Of a stretch of 64,000 bases of DNA, positions 38,138 through 51,100 are shown one piece after another (position 1 is the first letter of the stretch; every line of letters begins with the position of its first letter). The notes under the pieces are model-generated. The model worked only from the letters and a program-made list of their open reading frames with translations, ran no database searches and was not told the origin of the DNA. A program made the translations under genes and the position numbers. This stretch comes from Rhynchobatus australiae (taxonomy: Eukaryota): assembly GCA_034780895.1 (NCBI GenBank), contig JAUZTB010000001.1:39605829-39669828 (forward strand), in the 5' to 3' direction.

Positions 38138-38565
38138 GAATCATAGAATATTAATTTCAGTCCCATTCCCTGTTCTTCTCCTTTAGCTCTGTAAATTATT
38201 CTCTCTTAAGTGCCTTTGCAATTCCCTTTTGAGGGCATGGTTTAACATCATTTCCTCCACCCTGACAGCAAGAGAATTCCAGATCCTAACTGCACTCTGC
38301 ATAAGAGTTTTCCTTCACATCTTTTCTCCTTTGCCCAAAATTTGTGTGTTGGGGACAGCTTCTAATTACCTAAATAAAGCAATTACAATCTTGTATAATT
38401 CTATCAGATGTCCTCTTAGCATTCTTTGCTCCAAAGAAAACAACACTGTTTTCCATTCTGATCTGGTGACCAAAATTCCTCAAACTTGGATCCATTCCAG
38501 TAAATCTCTTCTGAACTCTCTTTGGGACCTTCACATCCTTCCAACATTACAGTGATCAGAATTAC
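38138..38565 (-). mobile_element. Old CR1 3' fragment
   Basis: acagaatcatagaat tail, plus gagaattccagatcctaactgcactctgcata and cttgtataattctatcagatgtcctcttagcattctttgctccaaagaaaacaac. Confidence 0.6.
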
Positions 38566-41500
38566 TATNNNNNNNNNNNNNNNNNNNNNNNNNNNNNNNN
38601 NNNNNNNNNNNNNNNTGCTTTTGCACTTCTATGTGTTTTACCATATTTATTACTTTCTGAATTACTACTGCACTTATCAACTCTTTAGCTTTAGTTGTGT
38701 TCTGCACTATAATTTTTTACTTTTCATTTTCACACTAAATCACGTTATAAAAAAAAGTGCTCACTGTCTTTTGTTATTTTTTATAGTTTTGAAAAATTGT
38801 TGAGTAGGCTGGAATAATAGCTGAGTATATTGACTGTGGATCCTTGAAGGATGCCTCCCACTTAAAAAAAAACAAATCTGTTGCACTCTGGCCCCTCATC
38901 AACTGTATTTGAAAATCTCCTTTCAATTTCCATTCCTCCTCTTTCCAAGACTGACACCATAGCAGCGTGATGAGGATTGTGTATAAAACTCTGCAGTGTG
39001 TAGGTGTATATATTATCAGAGGAAGAACTGAATAAGTATCTCTACATTATGCAAATTGTGTTTCCATTAAGAATACTTCTATTTCTGCCATGATATTCTG
39101 CAGAAGATACTGTAATTGAGTTTCTAAAATATTACATACGTTTTATTTTGAGCAAGTATTATGTAACTATTTATATACATGAGGCATTTGACTAGCTATT
39201 TCCAAATCGNNNNNNAAAATGTTTTAATGATATTTAGCCAATCAATTCTGAACTGTTGAGACAGTTCTCCCAACTAGAGATTGGAAGATCTGTTCAGATC
39301 TGCGGATTTTTACCAATATAACTGGGAAGAAGCTTGGGACTCTCAGAATTAAATACCAGCTCCAGGACAGCCATTCTATGCCTACAGACTCCTCATGGTG
39401 TTTATTAGTGCAGTGCACATCCTCTGATATCCCAGCACTTGGGCTGGATAATCTGCCTGCTGTGCCTTTGCCAGGGCAGCATCCAATGAAATAAATGGGA
39501 AGAAAATACTACCAAAACTAATTTGCTTTATCCCACATTGTGTGAGGGGTAATTAGTCTCAAGATGCATCCACAGTAAAGCCATCTATGTAAACTAATTT
39601 AATTTACAAAATATTCTAGAGAAATCGTCCTTACAATGACTACAAAATCCTTTTCAATACTTGCTGTGTCACAAGTTTCTCTGTCAATGGAGCGCAGCAA
39701 AACAGCTTCCCAACTGTGCTGAACTTGGTGTAAATCAGATGTGAAGCTACAAATTGACTCAAAGTGATGCAGAACTAGTGGAAGAAAGTACNNNNNNNNN
39801 NCCACAAAGCTGCTATTGTGCTGTGACTGCTGGGCTAGTGCAAAGTGAACCGACTTGGCACCTATGGTAAAATGGTGAGTATAAGTGCTCACTTGAGACT
39901 TTCAGCTGAAAGGTTCAGTTGCAGCAAAACTATTTGGTTGCACATCTCCATATGTTGTTGTGGATTTTTAGCTTGTCAGCTTTTAAATAATTTTATTTTA
40001 ATGATTTTGTTTTAGTAGCTTTTCCAGTGCATTTGAATGCTTGTGAATTTCAAGAACAGATATTCAATTTCAGTGACAGTTTTGACAGCTGTTATGCTTG
40101 CTTACCATGCAAGAATTTTATTTTTAATTCACTTTTTCTATTCCTAAATACAAAAATATTTCTCTGCTCTCAACTTTCACAGCAGATATATTTGCCAGAT
40201 TTTATGGGTGTAACCAGGGCACATTGTTAACAATTGCCATCACTCCATTGACATGAACTTCCGGAGTCTGCCCATGTAATTAACTGCATTGATCCAGTAC
40301 TTACCATCAGAGGTACTACGTTCCTCCTAGGGTGCACTGTTGAAGTCCTTGCAGATAAGATCACTGAATTGATGTGAACTTCAAATTATAAAACACACAA
40401 CTTTTAAAAATCACTGATTAACCTTTCTCACTAGGAAAAACTAATTTCATATTTCTCAAATATTATATTTATCTATTCCACAGAAAGAGTTCCANNNNNN
40501 NNNNNTAAAATTATCAACCTTTGGTCTGTGATTTGTTAAAAAAAAATTAAGGGTGAAAACTACTTACTAGGTTGTTGTTAGAATGCTTCGTTGTGACTGG
40601 CTGCTCAGCTGAGTGCAACAAATCCCTTTTTGCTGACACATATATGAAATTAATGTTGGGAAAGATGAAATCTACACCACAGAGATTATTAGATCTTTAC
40701 TGGCAGCTTTCTTCAAGGTTACAGAAGAGTGCCATTACCTTGTTGCTGGTCTGAAAATTGTTTATTGAAGCTGTTCCTCCTGTAGCAATTTTCAGGAAGA
40801 CTTTCACACTGCCAAGCCTCCGATGATCAAGTGGTTTAATTTTCTTACCATTTTAATTATAGTTCCATCTTTTATTTTATATGTTTTATGGCCAGTTGTT
40901 CAGGTCGTTTTGAATTACTGAATAATGGTTAAAATAACATTTTCGATCACACATCCATCTTGTCATAGCTCAAAAAAATGTCTGTCAACTAAGGCATGAG
41001 GTTTGGGTGGGGTGGGGGGGGGCACGGGAGAAATCAACTATCAGCTCCAGACAGAGCCAAAATCCTTGCTGTAGAAACAGTGCATTCATTTTGTTTTCAT
41101 CAATAAGTATTAGGTAAGTGCAATTAAGCAAGATTTTGCCTTAAGCACATGGTTTTGTATTAATTATTATTCTCTTCCCAAGCATACTGATATTGTTCAT
41201 TCACTCCCTTTTCTCCCCCTGCTATTGACACTTCCCCCTCCCTGCTGTGCTCCTGGCATTGTTTGCACTTTCTCCCATTGCACCTTGTATTATTATTGCC
41301 AACTCTTTTCCTGTACTGATTTCTGAGCTTTTTCTTTTTCTCTTCTGTTTGCTGAACATCCTTCAAAAGCAGAGATTAGCACCTTCTTAGTTTAAATGGA
41401 TAAATTTCAGCTTCCAACAGTACATAAGGTGTTCAGTTATCTGCACACAACATACCTGGCAATTAAAAGGAAGCCATCAGTGGAAGGTCATTGGATTTTT

Positions 41501-42879
41501 GCAAGAAAAAGTGATGAATCATTAAGCATTGAAAACTAATGATTCACACATTTAAAGTGACAGAGAGTGAAACTGATCTCACCTCTTTCTTTCACAACTA
41601 ATTTTACATGAGGATCTAAAGGTAGTGCAGGTTGTATTTTTCCTGTGATTCAATCTTACCCCCAATTCCACATTTATATTTGGCGTTCCTTCAATAAAAC
41701 AAAGAAATATTCTCCATCTGCTGTTTCCTTTTATTAGCTTTCAACTAGATAAGGAATATAAACTAAATTATCTTAATTTAACAAGTTCGTAATTGATGTT
41801 TTCCACATGATGGGATATCTATTGAATATTTTTCATAACTCTGCCGTGCTATTTACTTCTAATTGATCTACAAAAATATCGTCAGCTTAATCATCTTTAC
41901 AGTAAACCTATCCATGCCCCCAATGTTCCCCTTACTTAAAAGTTGACGAACTTGTTTCAAGGTCAGTACACTATTAAAAGCAGAGTGTAATTGCAACCGA
42001 ATAACATACAGCTAATTAGGTTTGACCACTTTTAAATATAATCATACTATTTTAAAGTATAGGTAGTTTCCGTTTTCAAATATTAAAATGTCTCGGATAC
42101 ATGCCAGTACCATACAAACCATTTTGATTGTTGTTAATACACCTTTAATCCTTTTATCTGGACTATGATGCCCCTGTATTCAACAACTTTCTCCTTCAAA
42201 TTTCCATCTTTCAATTCTTACAGCAGGTGTAACATATCATACCATGTTATATTGCACCAAATCTGCCAACAGTTTAAAAACACAACCATTTGCAATTCCC
42301 TTTCTATTATTAAAAATTTACTATATCATCTGCAAACTTAAGATACTTCACATTAGCTCAAATTCATTTCACATAGATGCAGATATTTAACCTAATGCTC
42401 CTTTGTTTGTGCTATACACAAACTGCTGTAATGGTCCTCCTCTATAACTTTCCCTGCAACAAATATCTATCCAATGTTTGTTTTAAAGTAAAATGAGGCC
42501 AAAATGTATTGGCAGAGGCCAACCAAACTCCCTTATGAACTAAGTGATGAGCATGGATTTCTCTCCTCAAGATTCAGTGATATCAATTTGCCACCTAGAA
42601 ACAGCTCAGTCCAAAAACAAATGCCTACAGATGTTTTTGCCATCTTTGCCAACCAGGCTTTGCACAACAGGTAGATGGGCTAAAATAAGCCCTGCCCAGA
42701 AAATAGCAGAAGAAGTTACGACCACTGGCCAAGCCACTATCAGTGAAACTGAAGAGAGAGAAAACAAACCTGTTAAGTTGCAGAGAAGAGGAGGGATGGA
42801 AAGAGGAGAGGGAAAGTCTGGTCATAATTACATCAATTTTCTGTATCCAACAGCTGTTGGATACAGAAAATAATAAACA

Positions 42880-44375
42880 TCTGGGGAGAGAGAATAACAA
42901 TTTCAGGTTACCACTTATTAAGTTCAATATTAAATCCCAGTGGCTGTAATGTACCTAAACAGAAGATGAGGTGCTGTCCCTGCCAAATAATGGGCATCAC
43001 TGGAGCAATATGGAATACCAAAGACAGAGGTGAGAATGGGAACGGGGCAAGGAATTAAAGTGATAGGTGAGTGGGAGCTCAGAGACCCCCTTGCAAATTG
43101 GAGCAAGATATTTCACAAGTGGTCACCCAAGTACTTCTTGTATTTTATTATTATTGTATGAGCATTATGAACACTGAATGCTACAAACACTAAGAAGTAC
43201 AACTGCTGCTTCACCTAGAAGGTCTTTTTAGGTCTCAGGACAATGATAGGATGTAAAAGGACAGTGTTGCATCGCATGGTGGATGCCATGAGGAATGGGT
43301 GGTGGAGATAATGGTTCTTCAAAATATGTAATGTGCCTGTTGCTGGATTCCTGTTGGAGACAGCAGAAGTGACAGATATTACCATCCATTGATCTTGAAG
43401 ACTTGAAAAGCTGAGAATAAAAGGAACCTTACCCTTGTTTTGGTTGGGAGGAGAGGGGAAGGGAGCAGGAATGTGGAAAATAGAAAAGAGGCTGTTAAAA
43501 GTCCTGTCAACAGTAGTGGAGGGGAAGCCATGGTTAAGGAGAAAGGAAGACTTCTTTAAAGGCACTGGTATGGAACGTCTCATCACTGGATGTGATGGAC
43601 ACAGAGAAACTGGAAGAATGGAATGGTCCTTCCTGGAAACAGGGGAAGAAGAGGTGATCAAGATTGTGATGGGAGTTGGTGGGCTTACAATGATATTAAA
43701 ATTAACCTCTCCCTTTGGTGGAGATAGAGACGGGAAAGAGAAGAAAGGCAAGGGTCAGATATGGACCATGTGAAAGTGAGAGCAGGGTGGAAACTGGCAG
43801 GAAATATAATGAAAATTTCAGGTTCTGTACTCGTGCAGGAAGCCTGACTCGGACTGAAGCAAATTTTGTTCCACATATCCAACAAAGAGACAGGCATAGC
43901 TTGGGCCTATGCAAGTTCCCTTGTTTACACCTATAACTGAAGAAAGTGAATGGGGTCGAAGAAAAAATTATTCAACATTAGAACGAGTTCAACCAGGTAA
44001 AGTGAGTGGTGGTGGAAGAGGATTGATTGTATTTCTAGTCCAAGAAGAAACAAAGAGTCCTCAGACTTATCTTAGTGGTGTAGTGTTTGGGATTGGATGT
44101 CCATTGTAAAGATGAGCCAGTTGACACCAGCAAACTGGAAACGACCAAAGAAGTCAAGGGCATCGGTGGTGTCATGGGAAGGAACCGGACAAGTGGAGCA
44201 AGTATAAAGTCAATGGAGGAAGGATCAAGTTCAGTGGAATTAGAGCAGGCTGAAGTAAAGGGTCCACTAAGATTACTCAGCTGGATGATCCTTAAGAGGA
44301 GGTCGAAGCATCTGCAGTTGGTTGCTCCAATAATTGGTAAAAATGATGAATCTTTAAACTCCTGCTCCAGACCAT
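42880..44375 (-). mobile_element. Degenerate Penelope-like element, about 1.5 kb (RT through GIY-YIG)
   Basis: Minus peptides FPASFHPALTFTWSISD, SSFLLNHGFPSTTVDRT and STMRCNT, plus QHLIFCLGTLQPLGFNIE at about 42930-42980. Multiple frameshifts. Confidence 0.75.
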
Positions 44376-45069
44376 GACTTCTGCTCATCAATACATTACT
44401 TCAAAGCATGTTCACTACATGACTCTCCAGTCTTAAGGTGATACAGATAGGCACATACAACAGCAGGTTTCTGTAAAACTAAACTTTTAAAATCCTGGTG
44501 CAATAAGTTAAGTGCTGATAAAGAATTAAAATTAGATTTCACTTGTTGACATTTTCTTTGTCAAATGAACAAAGTACATATAATCCCTCACACTGCCTCT
44601 CCTAAATCTCACCTTCCACCTTAATCAATTCTATTGGCTCTTCTAACTCATTTAAAGTTTTAGTCTGAGGGCAAATTATTTCAAGAAATATTTTTAGCTC
44701 AAATTGATGTCATCAAATTGATTTCTTTCTTCCAATTCCTAAATCCAAATCAATAATTGTAAGGCAGGCCAACACCAACTCCCAAGGAACACTTTTCAAC
44801 ATGCCTTTGCAAACCAAGAAACTCATTTTGATCACTACATCTGAATTCAGTGTTTCCAGTTTAATTTAGTATTGACATGATGTCCTGAACACTTAATAAT
44901 GCAGATAGTAAATCAAAGGAACTTACTAACAGAATGAAACCCCTGATTGCAACATCAGCAACATGATGAAATTTAACATGTTTGAGGTTGCAACAGTACC
45001 CAGACAACAAGGTTAACACTGTCCATTAGTTTAATAAATTCAGTCAAAATGTTTTATTAATAAAAGCAG

Positions 45070-45235
45070 AAAGAATTTGTGCTTATGTAGTGCATGACAA
45101 CAGTATGGGGCATACCTAATAACTTTAGATGCAATGAATTTATACACATTGGAGTCACAATTGTTTGCTAGTTGACATGTCAACCAATATGCTCAGCAAG
45201 GTCCCACAAAGTGCACTGTGATTAACGGCCAGTTA
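45070..45235 (-). mobile_element. Deu-SINE/L2-type 3' portion relic
   Basis: accaatatgctcagcaaggtcccacaaagtgcactgtgattaacggccag resembles the reverse complement of the recalled SacSINE1-like 3' region. A similar relic occurs at 54950-55045. Confidence 0.45.
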
Positions 45236-45499
45236 CTAATAAAAATGTTGAAGACTGTCAAAGATGAGACTTAGTAATTTGCATTCATCTTATCCAGAAT
45301 GGCTAAGTGGATGATACATCTGTTTCTTCACAGGATTCCCACCATCAGAGCAGACTTCAGTCAATTCTACTCTATTTCTTAAAGTTGGACATAATAGAAA
45401 GGGTACTTTCAAATCTTTTAAAATTTCAATGTACACCTGCGCCAGAGTATCAAACAGAGGGGTCTAGGTGTAACATCTTTTCTGAAGGCTGGTATCACG

Positions 45500-46540
45500 G
45501 ACTTCCTGACCAAAAGACCACAAATCAGTAAGAACAGGCAGCAACACCTCTGCCACGATATTCTCAACGCAAGGCTGCCTCCTTGGCCCCCTACTCTACT
45601 CCCTATACACTCATGACTGTGTGGCCAGATTCTGCTTTAACTCCATCTACTAGTTTGCAGATGATATCACTGTAGTAGGCCATATCTCAAATAACCATGA
45701 GTTGGAGCACATGAAAGAGATAGAGAACTTGGTAACATGGAATCATGACAACTACCTTTCCCTCAATGTCACCAAAACGAAAGAGCTGGTCTTTGACTTC
45801 AGGTAGGGGGATGGTGCACATGCTCCTGTCTACATCAACGGTGCTGAGGTCAAAAGGGTTGAGAGCTTCAAGTTCCTAGGAGTGAACATCACCAATAGCC
45901 TNNNNNNNNNNNNNNNNNNNNNNNNNNNNNNNNNNNNNNNNNNNNNNNNNNNNNNNNNNNNNNNNNNNNNNNNNNNNNNNNNNNNNNNNNNNNNNNNNNN
46001 NNNNNNNNNNNNNNNNNNNNNNNNNNNNNNNNNNNNNNNNNNNNNNNNNNNNNNNNNNNNNNNNNNNNNNNNNNNNNNNNNNNNNNNNNNNNNNNNNNNN
46101 NNNNNNNNNNNNNNNNNNNNNNNNNNNNNNNNNNNNNNNNNNNNNNNNNNNNNNNNNNNNNNNNNNNNNNNNNNNNNNNNNNNNNNNNNNNNNNNNNNNN
46201 NNNNNNNNNNNNNNNNNNNNNNNNNNNNNNNNNNNNNNNNNNNNNNNNNNNNNNNNNNNNNNNNNNNNNNNNNNNNNNNNNNNNNNNNNNNNNNNNNNNN
46301 NNNNNNNNNNNNNNNNNNNNNNNNNNNNNNNNNNNNNNNNNNNNNNNNNNNNNNNNNNNNNNNNNNNNNNNNNNNNNNNNNNNNNNNNNNNNNNNNNNNN
46401 NNNCTTTATTCTGCATTCTGTTATTGTTTTACCTTGTACTACCTCAATGCACTGTGTAATGAATTGATCTGTATGAACGGTATGCAAACAAGCTTTTCAC
46501 TGTACCTCGGTACATGTGATAATAATAAACCAATACCAGT
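45500..46540 (+). mobile_element. Rex/Babar-like LINE fragment spanning a gap
   Basis: ggctgcctccttggccccctactctactccctatacactcatgactgt (GCLLGPLLYSLYTHDC), tttgcagatgat (FADD) and LNVTKTKELVFDFR. The 3' UTR after the gap ends aataataaaccaatacc. Confidence 0.88.
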
Positions 46541-47027
46541 ACCACCAATAATGCACCACTCACTTACCACTTTCAGCAAACATTGACATACTTAAGTTCT
46601 GGGCAGGAAATAAAAACAGATGTCTGACTCCAAGGACATTCTCACCCACTTCTCCATCACCAAGAACACCTTGCTTCATAACATCCATTGATCTTAACAC
46701 CTGCCTCAGCCCATTTCCAGCAAAACTCTCCTTCATTTTTGTCTTAATTTTTGCATCCTTCCGTTAATGCATCCCCACCACTGGCAATGGGAGGGAGAGG
46801 TGGGAGGAGGTAGATGTGCGATGGGCCTTCTACCATCTCAATCTCTAGTTCTTGAGCTTTCTCCAGCCCTACAATCTCCGTCCATCACCTCCTCCTTGTA
46901 GAGTACTGTGGGTTCTTCTCTAACTTTATAGTTTGGGTTTATGAAAACTCACCAAATCACAATCTTTATTCTTGGGAGTTAGTCTTCAAGTGAACAGTTA
47001 ACACAGATAGCAATAACGTAACAAATA

Positions 47028-47874
47028 CACTGGTACCTCACTTATCGCACAGGATTCATTCTCACAACATTGCATGAATGGAATTAGCATGAACAGCTAA
47101 TTATAACAATAAAGATAGAGAGCGATGAATTATTGACAGTGCTGCTATGGTGGGAACTGGCCGGCCTTCCCCATTGCTCTGCTGGGATCCTGGAACAAGT
47201 CCCACCCTTGATGGTACAAACTCAATGGTGGCCATTTGCAGCTGAACTTGCTACCACAGAGTAATCTCCAAGCTGGTTGGGGTTGTGCAGCCAAACAAAA
47301 AGAAGGGAAGACAGCAGCTTTCATCACATGCAACAGGATGGGATGGAAGCTGCCAGTCCCNNNNNNNNNNNNNNNNNNNNNNNNNNNNNNNNNNNNNNNN
47401 NNNNNNNNNNNNNNNNNNNNNNNNNNNNNNNNNNNNNNNNNNNNNNNNNNNNNNNNNNNNAATGGAAGACAGCAGCTTTCATCACATGCAAAATGATGGG
47501 ATGGAAGCTGCCAGTCCCCAGCAGTCACTGCCAGTTCCCAACACTGGCCCTCGCACACTGTGCAAGCCAGGTTGCAGCCCTGAGCCCCACAGCTCAGTGC
47601 TGAGTGGCTGCATTGCTCGCTGCAGCCAGCCCATCACCAGATCTCAGAAGCAGCAGCGGGAGCAATTCATTGCTGTGGTAGACATGAAAATCATTTGTAA
47701 AAGATGGGGTGTACATACCTGTGAGCGTTTGGACTGCAGAGCCAAGAGCTCTAACAAGCCACCATTCTGCAGGGTAGCAGTAAATAGGATTCCACCAACT
47801 ATGAACTTAAAGCAGCAAACTGAGCAAATGATAGGGATACAACACACTACCTCTTCATTAAGTGAGCAACACTG
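47028..47874. mobile_element. Possible old Tigger/pogo-like non-autonomous element
   Basis: TA-CACTGGTACCTCACTTA at the left end versus TAAGTGAGCAACACTG-TA at the right end, about 15/20 inverted match with one gap. Confidence 0.35.
47306..47518. repeat. 55-bp direct repeat on both sides of a 100-N gap (probable collapsed minisatellite, unit about 58 bp)
   Basis: 47306-47360 and 47464-47518 differ at 2 positions (caacaggatg vs caaaatgatg). Confidence 0.8.
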
Positions 47875-50594
47875 TAGAGGTAAATTTACTTACATTGAGG
47901 CTAATGTACACTGCTAAGTCAACATATTTTAAACTATACAAGTTCATAATTAACATCCAAATTTGTAAGTGTCATTTTATCAGAACAAATTGTATACATT
48001 ATAAACACAATAACACTTCAGCATTGAACGCAACTCATATTTACATTCACACGCTTACCACGCATGATGTTAATGGATTCGTAACTCTGTGTATTGGCAG
48101 ATAGGTTGAATACAAATTTTAAAAATGTTACCTCAAACATAAAGACTTAACAGATCAAACATTAAGCAATTTGTACAACCCCATGAATAGACATTTACAG
48201 TTGGATCATTTTTTTTCTAAAGAAGCAAGTTCTATCTTAGAATCTGCAGTTACAGCCAAAACTTTATTCCTTTGCCCTTGGCTTTCCAGATCTTCTGTGC
48301 CTGTCCTTATGCCTCGTTGTATTCTGACATTCATTTGTCTTTCCGTATGATGTTCTTCCTCTCCCTTCTATTTTCTTTTGTAGATCCTTGCTAGGCAGTC
48401 AACCTCTTCCTGGCCCACTGCTGTGGTATTCTCTACAGATAGGACATTCCATGGTCTGTTTTGTCCTGCATTATTCTAAATCTACAGAGCAGGTGCCATT
48501 AATGCTATCATCACACAGTAATATCATCAAGGGGAGGTGATTCTGGCCTGGAATCCAAAAGTGTTTTCATAATACCACAAACACTTCCCGAATCTCCTTC
48601 GAATTTAGCTGTATTTGATTCACTCCTTTCAAAAGTCCCATAAGAACTAAATAGTTCATTGGACAAGAGCACTTCAGCAAAAGGATGTGCTAGCTGCTCT
48701 ACCTGCACTGTCACCATCTATGTGATTGCCAACAAAGTTTGCTGAGACTGTGTTTCTGTGTTCACCAGGACCATTGGGGTTCTGATGTCTCACCACACTT
48801 GACAAGTGTATCACAGATTCTTGTGAGGAACAGGTCTCTACAGTTGCTGGCAAGTAATTTGAAAATTGCTTGATCACTGCTGAGATCATGTTTCCAGAGA
48901 GGCTTTAGCCCCATCTCACTACTCACCACATCCTGTTCCCAATCTCTGGGCTGCTTTGGTTGGTTTAGTTTTACTAAATCTGGATCTCAGTTTTTTAGGA
49001 TTACATTCTTTATTCAGTTTATTGCATTTGCCCATTTTCTCACTGTCCAACTCAGATTGTTCCAATTGATTCCTTAGTTATCCAGGTGCCTGTCCTAATA
49101 TCCTGCTGCCACTAAACTGCACCATCTTTATTTACTATGGAGCCAAAGAATTGTTAATGGAGGCACAGATTTTGCTGGCTGCCATGTGCCAGCTTGAAGA
49201 CATTANNNNNNNNNNNNNNNNNNNNNNNNNNNNNNNNNNNNNNNNNNNNNNNNNNNNNNNNNNNNNNNNNNNNNNNNNNNNNNNNNNNNNNNNNNNNNNN
49301 NNNNNCCTAACTGTAAGGAGTCAATGGTGAGGACATTAATTATCAAGGTGAGGGTGATCTGTCAGTCTCTGCTTTACTTTGCACTGATTATATGGAACCC
49401 CCATTCTTCAAGTCCAAATTTCGTTGTTCAATCTAACATTAATATTGTCTACCTCTGAGCATAGTCTTCTACAATTATGGGCAGCACTGCTTCTTAATCA
49501 CCTTCCACCACACAGACCTCATTTTTTCCAGTGTTTGCAAGACCCCTCCAGGGTACATACAATATAGTTATATATACACAGAATCTTAGTCTGTCAGCAG
49601 TAGTCATCTTAATGTGGCATCTGTGTGCATCTTGCCCCACTGCTGAACTTGCTGCAGTACTCGCACATATTACAATACCTAACCATTTATTTTAATGGCA
49701 GCTGTGAACTCACTGAAGTCTTTTGGCATGTTGCCATTCAATGTGTTTTCCCCAGTATTACCAACTTCAGTGGCATTCAGAGCACCTCTCACTGTATTCA
49801 TTAGGAATATTGGACTGCAATTCTGTGTCAGCAACCTATGTTTGCTTCCAGGAACCAGCACCAAATGACATATCGCCACGATTACAGTAGACTGACAGAG
49901 ATTATGTGGTCTCCCTGACATCACTAACTTCGGCTGCCGCCTTCAACAAACAACTGCCCTATGGTGTTCCCACCTCTCAGGCTCTCGTGGTGAGCTGGCT
50001 GCCTGCCAAAACTGCTCGTAGTACCATGTGACCAGGTCCTAGTGGAGAAGATGCCACCATGACTGGCCCTGTAGTTTTGACTAATCTACACTTTGTGCTA
50101 ACAGAACTGTCTCATATACTTCATGCTACTTTCTTCAAAACTACACATCTGATTGTCTTCTGGAAAGGTATTGTACCTGTATTCTTGCAAGAGGCTGGCC
50201 TATATTCTCTTGTCACTTAATCCACACACTCAATACTCCAAGTAAGAGCTGAAATTGCACTGTCTTTTTAAGTCCTTTAAAATGACAACATAATTCTCAA
50301 TTATCTCTTTGGTCACTGAACTTATAATGAAATGTTTTGGATGGCACTGGGTTGAGGTATGTCTTTAGCTTCTCGACAATCTTGCAAGGAATATCTCTCC
50401 TTGGTGCCAATGACCAGTGTCACATAAGTTTTATAGTCCATCTCTGCCAAGAAAATGGCTTTGTCCTGCTCAAAGGTCACTGTTGCCAATTTTACTCTTT
50501 AATGTTGCCAATGATATTGACCTTAAAAAACATGTACAAACACTCCACAAAAGATACACATCTCTTGCACTTCATCACATTTCTCAACCTTTTG

Positions 50595-51100
50595 TAGGTA
50601 GGAAGGATGTCATTAAGCAGAACAGGGTGCAGAAAAGATTCACATGGATGTTTTTGGGACTGGAGAGCTTGAGTTATAAGAAGAGGCTGGATGGATAGGC
50701 GAGGGCTTTTTCCCCTGGAGGTTGAGAGTTGACCTTATAAAGGTATATAAAATCATGAGGAGCATAAATAAGGTAACAGCCTTTTTCCCCAGGGTAAGGA
50801 AGTCTAAAACCAGAGGGCACAGACTTAAGGTGAAAGAGAATTGATTTAAAAGGGACCTGAGGGTCAACTTTTTCCACACAGAGGATGGTTGGTATATGGA
50901 ATGAGCTGCCACAGGAAGTTATAAAGGTGGGTACAATTATAACGTTTAAAAGACATTTGGACAGGTACATGGATAGAAAAGGCCTAGAGGGATATGGGCC
51001 AAATGCAGGCAAAAGGGACTACCTCAGATAGACATCTTGGTCAGCATGGGCAAGTTGGGCCAAAGGTCTGTTTCCTTGCTGTATAACTCTGTGACTCTAT
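50595..51100 (+). mobile_element. CR1 3' fragment with intact tail
   Basis: RKDVIKQNRVQKRFTWMFLGLESLSYKKRLD. Ends ttgggccaaaggtctgtttccttgctgtataactctgtgactctat. Confidence 0.88.

Noticed and set aside
1064-47917. Long ORFs in the track made mostly of X (e.g. 27382-27972, 34065-34883, 45882-46586)
   Set aside because: Artefacts of translating N gaps; no coding evidence.
48420-50590. Moderately GC-rich stretch with short ORFs (48511-48717, 48674-48889, 49679-49924), possibly an old TE or pseudogene
   Set aside because: No motif or family could be recognised by eye, so it is left unannotated pending BLASTX/Dfam.
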